DNA of 63,982 bases, the filler included, from Intoshia linei (taxonomy: Eukaryota > Animalia > Orthonectida), in assembly GCA_001642005.1 (NCBI GenBank). It is 6 parts of 6 records of this genome, joined end to end, with 100 filler letters (N's around TTAATTAATTAA, not from the genome) between each part and the next. Parts side by side here need not be neighbours in the genome. Positions count along the whole stretch, not along the records: positions 1 to 23,089 come from LWCA01000571.1; positions 23,190 to 26,691 come from LWCA01002082.1; positions 26,792 to 43,617 come from LWCA01000839.1; 3 more parts are not named here. One strand, written 5' to 3'. The translations under genes and the position numbers were made by a program. Of this stretch, positions 14,901 to 28,311 are shown piece by piece (the stretch's first letter is position 1; each line of letters starts with the position of its first letter). A model generated the notes under the pieces. That model was not told the DNA's origin. It saw only the letters and a list, made by a program, of their open reading frames with translations, and ran no database searches.

Positions 14901-17900
14901 TATATTTTAATTATATTTATGATGATATTATTTATTAAATTTTAATATTTTATAAAGACGATTTTAATTATAGTCAACTTTAATCATACAGATCCAGTAG
15001 TTTACATTTAGACAACTTTACCCAGTGAAATTCAAACAAATTGAAAGTGTATTGTTTAATTGTACAAATGTAAATGTACAAAAATCTCTTCAAATATTAA
15101 CACATATGTGTTATTTTAAATCTTTTAACTTGTAAAGTTTACACATTGTACATTTCCCAAAAAGTTTATTTTATTAACTTCGGTTGGTATATAGGGAATT
15201 AGTATAAAAAATTAACAGTATTTATAAGAATTATATGTTATTGTTTCTGTATTTTCCAAAATTATAATGTATATATAAATGTCAAAAACATTTCATTTAA
15301 TTTAGAAAAATCAAAACAATGTAATTGATTTGGCTGAATTGGAATTGGAATTTGGAAGAGTACTGAATTTTTATAATTATAACAATTTATAAATAAAAAT
15401 TATTTTAGAACGATACAAAACCTAATTATAACATGACGGTATATAAAGTAACAACGTTTTAATAACAAATATTTTTTAATTAGTTGCGGAATGAAATGAT
15501 TAATGGTAAATCTGGAATATTAACCTTCAAGGTTGTAAAATTTTTCAAAGAAAAGGTATTATATTTTAAAATAATTATTGTATTCTTTTTAATATTACTA
15601 ATATCTATTTAAAAGGGTCATCATTATGAAATAATGAATACGTACATTTATGCACCTATACCGGATTCACCATTATGGTTTGTTTTGTGTTTTTTATTGT
15701 TTTAGCACAATGTGTTGGATTTTTGTAATGATTAGACTGATAATTATGATTATATTTAATATATCCAGACAATATCCAATAGTTGTCAAAAGGGGGACGA
15801 GGACCCTATGGATTACTAGAACGTAAATGCACGTCACATTCCCGGAAAAAGCGTTTATGTGTTTTGTTGTGTTATTGGAAAAATATAAAATTATTTTTAA
15901 TGATAATTAATCAATTTTAATGAACTTAACTAGACATAATTAAGCAATGATTCATTAATTAAACTGAGACATAGTTAAAATATCAATTGAGTTGATATTG
16001 CCAATTTTACAGTATAAATCAATGCTTTTCAATCTGGCTGATATCTCCCACCTCTGGGCTATTTTAAATCTTTGGTGTGCAATTTTTTAAATTTCACATT
16101 TTTTATTAGCATTCCCTACTTCATATTTAGTTGAATTAAAATTTAATGCTGTCAACAATATATTATTGAAAAACAGAAAATCTTTAAAAATAGACGAAAG
16201 GAGAGAGCTTTGATTATTTTGAAATAAAATTGAATCAACAATAATATTATTAATGTTTAAAAAGCAATTTTTTAAATGATTTTTAAAATAGATCATTCTA
16301 CAGATGGTATTAAAAAATTATATCACCATAAAAATACATAAAGTGGGCGGTACATGAAAAAAAATTGAGAAGCCCTGGTATAAATTATATGAATATGGTA
16401 TTTTCAAAGTACATTAATGAATTTTAATGTCAGTAAAATTTCCAATCTCCGTATTTTCTTTTATGTTACGATTGATTCATACTGTAATCTTGATTTATTT
16501 CAAAAAAACACGATATAGTTTAAAAAATTTAATGATTAAATATAAAAATTCAAATTTTAAGATTTTAAATAAATAAATCATGCACCAAATTAGTACTAGC
16601 GTTAAAAGAAATACTGCAATACACTGGTTAAAAATATTTTTTAATGAATTATATAATTTTTGAAAATATCACATTTTTATATTTATAATACAATATAAAG
16701 ATCAGAACCGAACCTGCCATACTCGAAAAACCCGGAAAATCAAAAATTGACATATTTTCATTTACCGTGTTGACTTATATTACATGATGTTGATGTATGA
16801 TGTTGAAAAATATAAATTTTTTTAAATGCTTACTTTAAAAAATTGAGGCCCTGTTTTACAAAAATTTTTCGTTCAGCATATACATGTATTCTTCCCTAGG
16901 AGGGTTACGGTATGGTAAATTCGCTATGGTAATTATTACACTGTGTAAATGTGTGTATAATTTTTTTGAACTAATTAGTTTTATTTAGCATAGCTTTAGC
17001 CATTCCTCACGAACAATTAATACTAAATATAAAACATATCGATGAGAATATACTTAATTTTAAAAAAAAAGGTAAAATTTTTAAATTTTAATTGATGATA
17101 ATTAATTTTAAATCTTATTAGGTTTCACCAAATATGTCAATCAAGAATATACGAAAAAGTAAACTATAATAATAAAATAATTGTAGGCATTAATTCATAC
17201 TAAATTAATTAAGTTTATTGGAATGTGAATTTTTTTCAAAAGTACATTCCTGTCATTATCAATTAATTTTAAATAATTTTTTACTAATCGATGTATTTTC
17301 ATTTTATTACGACAAATATCTTCATATCTTACGAATTGCTATTAGTGATTGTGCCAGGAAAAAAACCGGGACAAAATTCCCGGAATTTTTACGATTTTCC
17401 GGGATTTTCCAAAAAAAATTGAGACATACCTGTATTTGATTTATGTTTGTTATTACTATGAAAATATGATTATATTATAATATTTAAAATTTATTATATT
17501 AAAAATCCCACTTTTATAAAATTTAATCAAAAATACTATTTCAAGCCCTCATGGAAAAATTGACTTACACCGATATTCTTTTTAAAAATCCAATTTTACG
17601 AAATCTTATGAAAAAAATCCACTTCCTCAAACCACAAATAAAAAATTTCATTTTCCAGCCCTTAATAGAAAAATATCCTTTTTCCAATACTTTTTTTAAA
17701 AATCTCTTATTCCAGTTACAAATTATTAACGCTTAAGGGAATTATCCTCATTTTGCAATAATATTTTGAAAAATATTATGAGTTGTTACGAACTGGAACG
17801 CTATCATCAAGATTGTTGAAATTAAAGGAAGCCTTTATGACCGTTAATTTACGTCAACACAAAATGAAAGAAATTTCTCTACTGCTTCTAATTTGGTTAC

Positions 17901-20900
17901 AAAACGTAGAACTTGTTTAAAAGACGAATCTATTGATATTATGTGTGTTTTGAAACACATTTTCAACAATCTAAAATAAATATTATTTTTATCTAATTAA
18001 ATTTGTTAATTTCAATATAGATTCGTGTTATTACATTAATTAAATTTCTTTTTGTTTCTAAAATTAATTAAGGTCTCTAAAATTTTTATTTTTCCCGAGA
18101 AATTAAAAATGAAATTTCCCAGTTCTAGACTTTTGTGATTTCCCGGGAAATCACAATCACTAATTGCTATTCAAAGACTATTAAAAATAATTATTATTAC
18201 ATTTTATTAATATGTATATTATAATTTCATATATAATTTCATATCATAATTATAAAAAAATAAATTATACCATGTTATATAAAAGTGATGGCGGGTCACG
18301 GAATGGTTGTTCTAAGTCATTTAAAACTTGTATTAGTTAATTACAATATTAATGAGACAAGTGAAAATTTTTAATATGTAGCATTTGTTGTTTATTTATA
18401 TTTGTCCATGATTCTACTTCGAGCTTATCCGACTCGTTAGCTAAAATTTTTTTTGTGTATTGTCATAAAATATATAAAATAACCATTAAATTTAACGACA
18501 ATGTTTATTGTTATATTGTACTATTTTATTTGAATAATATAGTTTAAAATGGACATTTGAATATGATATGAACACAAACGTCGACCAAGTATTGCTGAAC
18601 TGCCAAAAAGATATTTATAAAAACGATATAGCTAAAAATCCGATTTGTATTTATTTATTTACATACATTATTAGTTATACTATATGGCTATTTCACTGCA
18701 AAATTGTACTATAATGTCGTATTATGTATAAAAACGTTTTCTTAACTTATTTTGTAGCCAAATGGTACATATATAAATTTAAAATATTTTCCAATTCGTG
18801 ACCTACACAGCCAAAAAGGTTAAGAAATACTGGTGTATAGTGTAAAAGAAATAACCACATTTTTGTTTAGGCAACATGGCAAAATTGAATAGAATTTTAT
18901 TTGAATCAAATCTATTACATTCGATGTATTCAAATAATTTCACATCAAATATGTAATATATATTTGATATATGTATTTATTTAAATAAATTCGTTATAAG
19001 TTATATAATATTAGTTTTATTGATTTGTTCTATTTATAGAACTGATTTATTAATTGGATACCTTCAAATTAACCAAATTAGACAATATATAAAGAGGTAA
19101 ATGTGTAAATATAAATAAAAAACATATAAATATATTAATTTAGAGATAATACATATCAAAATTTAATAAATGATAAAATTGAAAAATCATTTCGGAATGT
19201 AATTGATGGAAATAACAAAATTAACGTGAATATCAAACAACGTATTTTCATCAATATCTAATATTACATATTCTATTATAAATCTTATCAACCCTGATTT
19301 ATAATTATAATTAGTTATTAGTAATAACTTATTAACATCTTATGATCAGCGACCATTGGTCATGTTATAAACGATAATTTTTCCAGAGGCGAAAAATATT
19401 TCTGTGGACTCCAGGGGTCCAGATCAATCACGTTGAGATTGACAGTTATAAACGGAGCTAATGATTATTTTATTATAAATTATAATACAATATATAATAC
19501 AAATTATAATATACTTAATAATTATATTAAATTTTGAATACAAAATTTTTTTTTACTTTACATTTATACCCTAAATTTAAAAAATTGAATCGTTGATAAA
19601 AATCAAACTAAGACAGCTAGAAAGAAAATTAAAAAAGTCAGATGTTAAGTTATAAACGGTGATTTACATAATACTCTGTAAACCATGACAATTCACTATA
19701 ATATTGTTTTTAAAAAAATAAAGTTATATTTTAATTTTATTATAAGATTTTTAATGGTTTATTTATAATGTTAAACCCACAGTTAATATCTATCGTTAGT
19801 GGTTTTTGATTATGTTATAGAGTTTCTTTTTTAAAAATACACACAGTTAGTGCTAACTATCCATCAAATTCTAAAATTTTCGAAAAAATGTGACACCTTA
19901 CTGTGCACTGTATGTAGTTTATAAATTGATTTAGATGGTACAAAGTATATCAATCACATCAATGGTGTAATTGAATATATTTCAACTAATAATACCTCAA
20001 ACATTATTGGAGCTTATGAAATTGTTTTTGATGATAATCTTTTTAAAGAAATCTTAAATCAAACTGAATGCATGAAAACTGTCAAAGTATGTAAATTAAA
20101 TGGAAATTGCATCAATGGTATGGTAATAATATCAGTAATACATATATATTTGCTTATTATTCATACATATATTTAAATAGACATTCTTTGTTGTTTACAT
20201 TTTATAATTTGTCAAAATTTGATAATTTGAATTTTAAAGTACAATTATAATTTCAGGTATAGATAATAAAAAATGGGATTTCGTATCCAAATTTTTTTTT
20301 ATTAATTTAAAAAATAAGGTTTTGTTATAAATGAATAAAAGTCCTAAAAATCATCCTCTTTATTATGAACGGGTTTGAGAAAATGGGTTATCTTATATTT
20401 TTAGTTAGTAAACTTTTTGACTCTAATAACTATTAGTGTAAGGTAAGTCATTATAATGATATACACTTTTTTATCTACTAATTTTTCTAATTTGTTTCAA
20501 GAGCCAGAGCAGTTGTTAAGGAAATAATCTAATGAAATACAAAATCAACGCTAAAATTTTTTTATCACGGTATTGTAATATTATCAAAAAACGACATTTT
20601 CACATTTTGATTTTTTGGGTTAATGGAGAGAAGGGATTGGAAATAATTGATAAAAATTATTGAAAAAATCAATCAATTGTTTGTGAAAAATGAAAAAATA
20701 TTTAAATCTGAAATTAATTTAAGGGTGAAAATCCTAGATCTAATTATTAATTAGAGTTGGAAATACACTGAAAATTTAGAGAATTAGATTTACATTAGTG
20801 TATTTTCATTTTAAATATTATAATATGAAAATCTTTGGAAAGGCATTTTTAGTGTTGGACAGTTTAATTTAAATTATATTAATTAATTTTAAATAATTAT

Positions 20901-22297
20901 TTATTAATGTAATTAATAAAACAGGAAAATTACTTCATTAACCCTAAAAATCGATTATGCACCCGGTTAATTATTAATTAAGACATTGCAATCAATTATT
21001 TCCAATTGCTGGTATAGAGATTTATGTTATAATTCTAATATATTTTGCATTATTATTTGTTTAGATTTACGATTGCTACATTATAGACGAATTATCGCGT
21101 ATTGTTTATTCTCATGAACCAAAAGATGTATTTTATATATTTATTTTTTTGTTTGTCTAATGCTGATATCAATACCTTTGATAATTTAAATTACAACTAG
21201 AAATACAAAACTGAAAAAAGTAGTTTATAAACCTACACTGTAGATTATACAAAGTACAACCATAACTATTTATTGACTTTAGCTTAAATTTATTAAAAGT
21301 ATCCTAAACTGGGAATCAAAAATATTTTAAATTCTCTTTTTTTGAATTGAATTGGAATGATTAAAGATTAATGATAATTGAAATCACATTTGTATTTTAA
21401 TACAGCTATATTTCAAAGTATTTAACTTTTTTTTTTTAATGTTACACCTACAGTTATATTTTATAACATTAATAATTATTATTATTTTATTAATTGGCAT
21501 TTTTATTGAACGGGAACTGAGAGCGTAAATTTGAGTAACAATTGTTGATATTTATTATTTACTGTGATTCTACCTATTAAAAAAAATATTAGAATATCTT
21601 ATTGACGTATTGATGAATAATAATTATTATAATATTAATTAGTAATAAATTATTAGAATTTATTAATGATATTTGTATTATAGATGGCGCAACCTCTCAG
21701 CTCTGTAGAATATACAATATTTGAAAAATTAAAAGAGTCTAATATATTCAATAAGTATTAAATATTAATAATAATATCCAGCTATTTCTAATCATAATTT
21801 GGTCTATGGAGCAGGTTCATGTGACCTATAATTAATGTTTTGTTGTAAACTTAAACTATTAATGTTACAACGTTTTGTAATAAAGTTAAGAAATTTTACA
21901 TAAACCCATAGGCTAAAATCCATAATGAGAATAGCTATATAATTTTCAAGAAAACTTGCCAAATATGGCAACCGTGTCAATTACGTTTAAAGTTACCGAA
22001 AAATTAATTTCGCAGTACGCATGGATTTTTTAGAGTTTATTTGAAGGTTTTTAAGAATTTATTTTGAATTTGTTTTGAATTTTTTTTGCGTTTTCTTTAA
22101 ATGAATTTATATTGTAACTTAAAATATAAATTTAGTTTTTCCTATCCTGACTATCAATCCATATGCAACGTTGTAGAGGAAAAATTATATAAATTAAACA
22201 AATCCTTTAAAATTATGAATGTAAGTTGTAGATTTTTATTTTATTTAATTCTTATTTATAATAACCTTTTTAGCCATTTCAAGTAATGAAAAGTGTA
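8907..22297 (+). CDS. CACNA2D: Voltage-gated calcium channel alpha2delta subunit (signal peptide, VWA-N, VWA, Cache); 3' end unresolved before the gap
   Basis: Signal peptide MIVLIFLTILVCGSP; STVHLPVTVYEK; WTSNLDKIF..WQYFCTTSGLYRIYPG..YNCRIEPW; KDLIILYDMSGSMTG (MIDAS DxSxS); CNKAIMILTDG..IRVFVYGIG..LQWMACSNRG; LLGVIGTD; YFFIIDNNGFVVSHPN; YPDYQSIC. Order is collinear with alpha2delta proteins. Paralog identity cannot be determined. Confidence 0.88.
12361..13279 (+). mobile_element. DINE-1/HINE-like non-autonomous dispersed repeat (putative rolling-circle family), near full-length copy
   Basis: Starts acta(g/a)cttgactgttatgtact..acctagctctgccgagggcac and ends with a CA/CAGA microsatellite plus tatataagttaggat. 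The same start recurs at ~4270-4327(-), ~33735-33785(-), ~35120-35170(-), 36101(+), ~46805-46858(-) and ~60558(+). Similar ends occur at ~23465, ~35752 and ~37820. Confidence 0.6.
17343..18162 (+). mobile_element. Internally deleted hAT transposon with dimerisation-domain remnant
   Basis: TIR tagtgattgtg/cacaatcacta flanked by a perfect 8-bp TSD attgctat (17335-17342, 18163-18170). Internal TSTQNERNFSTASNLVTKRRTCLKDESIDIMCVLK matches the hAT C-terminal motif. Confidence 0.85.
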
Positions 22298-23089
22298 ATG
22301 TATGTTACGATTTGTAATATTTTAAAGTAATTATTATATATACATTTTTATGTATCTATTTTTATGATCTTATTTAATATTATACTATGTACGATGTTTT
22401 AGTTTACTTTCATCAATTATGTTGCAATGTTTTTATGTTCCTAGCATATTTTTTCAATATATAGGTTTTTATTTATAATAATATATTAGTGATACCCTAA
22501 TAAACATGTTGACAGGTTTATTAAAAGCTATTAATCGGTCTTTGTACGATAAATGTGAAAAATTTACATTTTTATATTCAAATTTAGTTTAATTGTGTTT
22601 TTTTAATTGGTGACTGCAAGTTAGGTTTTCCATGTCAATGACACACATTACATGTGGATGAATTACACTAGACAACAAAAATGAACTTTTTGGTTTACTT
22701 ATGGGGTCTGACCATTTCAGTTGAATGTGTGACGTCTCCGGAGCAGAACGACATTATTCACGATATTTGGTTGGATCGTTAACGTGTAGTAATTAACCAA
22801 TTAATATTTTCATTTTCCATAGAAACAATAAACACAATTATTTAAATCGACTATTTTTGTGCTTTAATTTATGTTTTTTCTGAAAAAATTAATTATGTTA
22901 TTAAACTTTGTGTACTTAATGTGAATAATAAGAAATTATATTTTAAAATTAATTAATTAAATAATTTTTTTTTTAATTATTAGAAAAATATTATATTTTT
23001 AGCTTACTTATTCTAATGATCACATACATTTAAAATAGAGTTAAATACGGATATTTTTATGTATAGGTTATTATCAAGTTAGATCGATT

Positions 23090-23188
23090 NNNNNNNNNNN
23101 NNNNNNNNNNNNNNNNNNNNNNNNNNNNNNNNNTTAATTAATTAANNNNNNNNNNNNNNNNNNNNNNNNNNNNNNNNNNNNNNNNNNN
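23090..23188. other. Assembly gap with TTAATTAATTAA linker
   Basis: N-run, TTAATTAATTAA, N-run. Same structure at 26692-26790, 43618-43717, 58781-58880 and 62795-62894. Confidence 0.97.
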
Positions 23189-24007
23189 NTTTAAATTTAA
23201 ATTTATGATAATATTTATTATTTTAAAATCCGTATCAGAGTATATATTTTTTTAAATTTTCGACCTTGTTTGATTTTCAAAAAAAGGACAATTGGGCTTT
23301 TTGACCTGTAAGATGTGAGTTTGGGAGGTTGAAATTAATTTTGCTAACACTGCTGGAAAAAACTGTAATTAAAATGTGGGCTTTATAAAATTCTAAGACT
23401 GGTAGTTATTGAAATAAACGGTAACAAACACAAACAAATATTGCGTATTATATATAAGTAAGGATGTTTCATATATTTTGCTTAATTTCGTTTAATAGTG
23501 TTCAATTCTGTTAATGATTTCGTAAGTTGTAACGCAAAGATTTTCCCTTTCCAGTCATATATAATAAACCATATATCTACTTTATTTAACATTTCTATTG
23601 ACCTTCAAATATGCCCATTTTCAGCACTTTTTCGAACTTTAGTCGTATTTAAAAAAAATCTGGACGTGATGCAGACAAACTGATTATACCACCTTGTTCA
23701 GAATAAAAATCTTTTCCAAGTGCACTAAATTTTACTCTTGCAATCAAAAAAAGTTGTTATTTTGTTGGACTATGTAACTATAATTATGGACTGATCGTTA
23801 AATATTAAACTATAATTAATTATAATTAACCAATTAAAAAACTATAAAATTTAATGAAAATTTTTAATACAATTAGTTGACCTTACGTTTGAAGGAATAC
23901 ACGAAAGTGTAAAATAATTTTTATACATTAATTTGCATTTGATAATCGTAATGAAATGGTAACTATTTTGCCATGCTACAATTATTATAATAATACACTA
24001 TATTTAG

Positions 24008-25122
24008 GTAATCATATAATCAAAAACTCAAATTTTGTGAATAATAGTGCATCAATGTCTGGTGGAACAATCCACGTTGACCAAAAAGGTAGTTTAAACT
24101 TGGAAAATGTATCAATCAGTTCGAGTGGGACCCATGCAACGAAAGGAAGCGTAATATATTCTATTGGAAAATTAAATATTAAAAATGTGAACATTTCAAT
24201 ACTGAAGAATAGTTATAAAAATGATGATATCAGAGATTGCCAGCAATCTGTTTTTTCTCATAGTGGATTACATTGGTCACTTTTGTTGGTTTCAATAGAA
24301 ATTATATGTCCATCTGGGTTTTATATTGTTGTAAAGAATGATACTTCTGTTAAAATTAACCAACATGGTATGTTATCCTCTATTAGACAAAGTAATATAG
24401 AATATTTTTGTAAATGCTGTCGTCAATATACTTATAGCTTGGAATCAGGAAAATATAGGTTTTAATACATTCAATAATATTATATTATTTTGAAGAATTA
24501 ACATGAGTATACCATAGGGCCGTGGAGAGCCAGCACTAGACCCGGGCCAGATAGAAATTGTAAGCCCTATAAAAAAATGGGACATATATACTAAGGTATT
24601 TCATATTTTCAAACATTTGAGATTTTGCAAAAACTGTATTATAATAATTGCATAATTATACAAAATGATTACATTGATATAGATATCAATATAATATAAA
24701 AAGTTTTAAAAAATAGACCTCTATGCATTGCTTAATCTATGGTTCATCTTCTATAAATTAAAAATAACTGTTGAAAATAGCATTGGTTATGGATATTTAA
24801 GAAATGTTCCAAAATTGCATATTAATAAATTAAAAAAATAAGCCCTCATAGGCTTTGTTAGGATAGTTGAAATTTTTTAATTTACAAGAATTATATAAAA
24901 TTAACCACAATTATTCAAAAACCGATTTTTCAATTTTTCGATTAATCGTGACTCCCTAGTAAATACATATTACGTAGGACGTGTAGTATGATGAAATATA
25001 TATTATTTTCATTTAGATACAAACTATTAAACTTGAAAAGACTTACATATTTTACATTGCTACTGAATGGATCATTACCCAACATTAATGGGAATGAAAT
25101 TATTAATATTCATAAACCTGAG
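24008..25122 (+). CDS. Partial gene: parallel beta-helix (pectin-lyase-like, FxxN/GGxI) plus Cys-rich extracellular protein
   Basis: Exon ~24008-24458 has NSNFVNNSASMSGGTIHV, KGSVIYS, ICPSGF and CKCCRQYTYSLESG. It splices in phase to an open exon at 25017-25122. Start and end not found. Confidence 0.6.
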
Positions 25123-25493
25123 GTTTTTACATAATTTACCATTTTCTAAACGATTTATAAAATAATACATTTAAATTTTAAATCAACATGATGAAAATTT
25201 AATTAAGATAAAATAGATACAATTACTTTAGTCAAATTATTTATAGCTCTATTATTTAAATCTGGAGAATATATCTAAAAATAAAAGTAAAGTAATGCCT
25301 CCATTTGAGCGGTCAATAAATCTGGAGTTGTATGTAGTAATTTATTCAACACACATGGAAAATAGAATAAACTGCATTTGTATAAATAAATTGTATTGTA
25401 TATCATAACAATAATGATAATACTTTTTAAATCTTGAAAAATTGAAAGATTACTGTATTCAAAAATAATCATGTACCACACCGCCAATTAAGG

Positions 25494-25696
25494 CAGTGGT
25501 TTTCAACCTTTTTGTGTTCGTGACCCCCTTATAAACATAAAAAATTTTTGCGATCCAAAAATGTTCAGAATGTAAAAATATTTCCGTAACATTATTAGTG
25601 TCAATAATATATAAAAATAAATAAATGTATTCATAAAATTTTCAAATTCTCACGACCCCCTGATAAATTTCTCGACCCCCTGGTTGAAAAACACTG
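25494..25696. mobile_element. hAT-type MITE
   Basis: TIR cagtggtttttcaacc/ggttgaaaaacactg; 8-bp TSD aattaagg/cattaagg (7/8 match). Confidence 0.8.
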
Positions 25697-26790
25697 CATT
25701 AAGGGATACATTAAATTGTAATAATTTCAAAAACAAATTCAGAAAATGATATAAACAAAATTTTGAAAGTAAAAATACGTTATCTAAAACTATTGTGGGA
25801 ACCCAATCTAAATCTTTAGGTTTTTCGGAACTTTTATCGAAATGTTTAGTTTTATCTTCCATTTCTTTTAAATAAAATATGATTTGATCATTTTTAGTAG
25901 TATCACAATCCTCGAAATTATTATCGATGTGTGTAAGATCTTTTCGACACTAAATAACAATTAAACAAATTAGATATAAAATGTGCAATTTAAATAATAT
26001 TAATTAATTTAATAGCATATTTCGGTATAATCGTGAATAACGAGTAATTTTAAAGACACTATACTCCGTTCTAACCCAATATACATTTAAATGGTTTGAT
26101 TTACCTTATTTACCATTCCAACACCTATTATATCAGGGGTTGTCTAAAGTGGTCCATATAAATGATAATATCAAATAATACATGTAGGGAAAAAATAAAG
26201 TATATTATACATTGTACAAGGGTATAAGGATGTAATATAAACCTGTTCATATTGATTTTTCTTATCGCTAAACATGCACATAATAAAATATATGTAATGG
26301 TCCGGGTTTTTTGCCTTTTCAATGACACAAGCCTAAAATTAAATGTATTATAAAAAATATAATATACCATCTGACCGTTACGTATACATTCATTTTTTCC
26401 ATGTTGGCATTCTATGTGATTTTTGTTTATCTAGACAGTTGATTAAATAAATATAGTGAAATATATTTTTTTAGCCCACTTTCGCTGTATTTCCATTAAA
26501 CTCTGTACTTTAGTGAATTTCATACCGAACAAAGAAAAAACAACAATTTTTTTAGAGGTAAATAATCATTACTTTTACCATGAACTAAAATATTCGAGAT
26601 CTCTTAGCCGTACAAAAGAATTATTTCTATTATAATGTGGATACTATTTAATGCTCCGACTAATTTAATAGTTTCAGCGTCTAATTTAATANNNNNNNNN
26701 NNNNNNNNNNNNNNNNNNNNNNNNNNNNNNNNNNNTTAATTAATTAANNNNNNNNNNNNNNNNNNNNNNNNNNNNNNNNNNNNNNNNNNN

Positions 26791-27941
26791 NATCCCAGAT
26801 AACAAAATACAAGAAATTCTTAAATTCTTCCACGACTCTAAGTTTAACTGTCATCCAGGAATAAACAAAACTATTGAACTAATACAGAATTTTTATTTCT
26901 GGCCTAACATGATACAAGATATAAAAAATTGGATACAAAAATGTGTTAAATGCAATACAGGGAAATCCGGAAGAAGGCATCACACCAAACCTTTAAAAAA
27001 AATATATAGTACGAAATTTGGTGAAAGATGGGAAGTAGACATATTAGGAAACAACACAGAATGAGAACAAATACATTCTAGTGATAATAGACCACTTCAG
27101 TGGCTGGCCTGAAGCCATCCCATTACAAGAAATAACCGCGGAAAATGTGGCAAAGGGTATTATAAGTAACATCATATCAAGGTATGGAGTACCTCACAGA
27201 ATACACACGGATGGTGGTACTCAATTCGAATCAAATATCATGAAAAATTTATCTCAATTATGTGGTTTCATAAAAACTAATTGTACACCATACAATCACA
27301 ACAGCGTGGGCATAGTGGAAAGGATGAATCACACAATACGTGACAAAATAAGAGTAAATTGTAATTCAGAAGTCAACGACTGGGAGAATAATTGTCAATG
27401 ATTTTGCTTAGTATCCGCCACTCACCTACTAAAAAAAACAAAATGAGTCCAGCTGAGATCGTATTTCACAAAAAAATTGATCTACAACAAATATAATGAA
27501 AAGATGAAATATTATTATGATAAAAAAGCCCTAAAAATGGAATCTAGCTTCGTAAAAAACTTTGAAATAAATAACCCAATCGTTAATAAAACTCAACCAC
27601 GTTTCAGACTACGTAAAAACTTAAAATATCCCAAATATTTAGATGACTATCAAATATCATTCCCAAAGGAAGGGAGTAGTAATAATATTACCAACATCAC
27701 AGCCGAACCAGTAAATAAACTTAATCCTAGGAAACCAATAAGGCAACACCATTCTATTGACGAACAAAATTGAAGAAACTTAAATTATACTTTAACTATA
27801 ATAATTTGTTTGAACTTACTAAATTGTTTGATCTAATTGACCCAATATCTTTACAATATCAATTGTTGTTTTATACATTGATACTTTAATAAATAAATTT
27901 TAAAGTAAAACCTGATTGCTTTTTATTGCGAAAATAAAACA
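26791..27941 (+). mobile_element. Ty3/Gypsy LTR retrotransposon 3' remnant: frameshifted integrase, polypurine tract, probable 3' LTR
   Basis: Zinc finger H..HPGINKT..FWPNM..C..C; WEVDILG; IIDHFSGWPEAIPL; HTDGGTQFES; GIVERMN (DDE core). Purine tract aaaggaagggag at ~27665-27676 is followed by an AATAAA-containing stretch ending ..aaaca near 27941 (LTR limit inferred). Confidence 0.85.
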
Positions 27942-28311
27942 GATTATTGTTCATAATATCAAAATTGACATTTTAAAATGAAGTTGTTTTCAATCATACG
28001 CAATTTTACAAATTCGAAAAACTCTAATAGTAATTTTAAAAGTTTTATTAAAAAATTTGGTTAATATTATAATTGTGAATAGCAAAATATTAATATTACC
28101 TTCTTGAATATGTTTAATTAAGGTTAATTTCCCACATGGTGCTTTCAGGACATAATGTGGATCAATTTTTTACAATTTACCAAAAATTATCATTATATAT
28201 TAATAACAAAATATTAAGTCATTAATTCTAACACTCTATGACAAAAAAATATATACATAATGTGTATTGTTATTATAGTAAATATACATTTTTTGATCCA
28301 TATATGCTGCG

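Noticed and set aside
23090-23188. Recurrent TTAATTAATTAA motif as a biological repeat
   Set aside because: Always centred in N-runs and gives stops in all six frames, so it is an assembly linker. Cross-gap gene order was therefore not interpreted.
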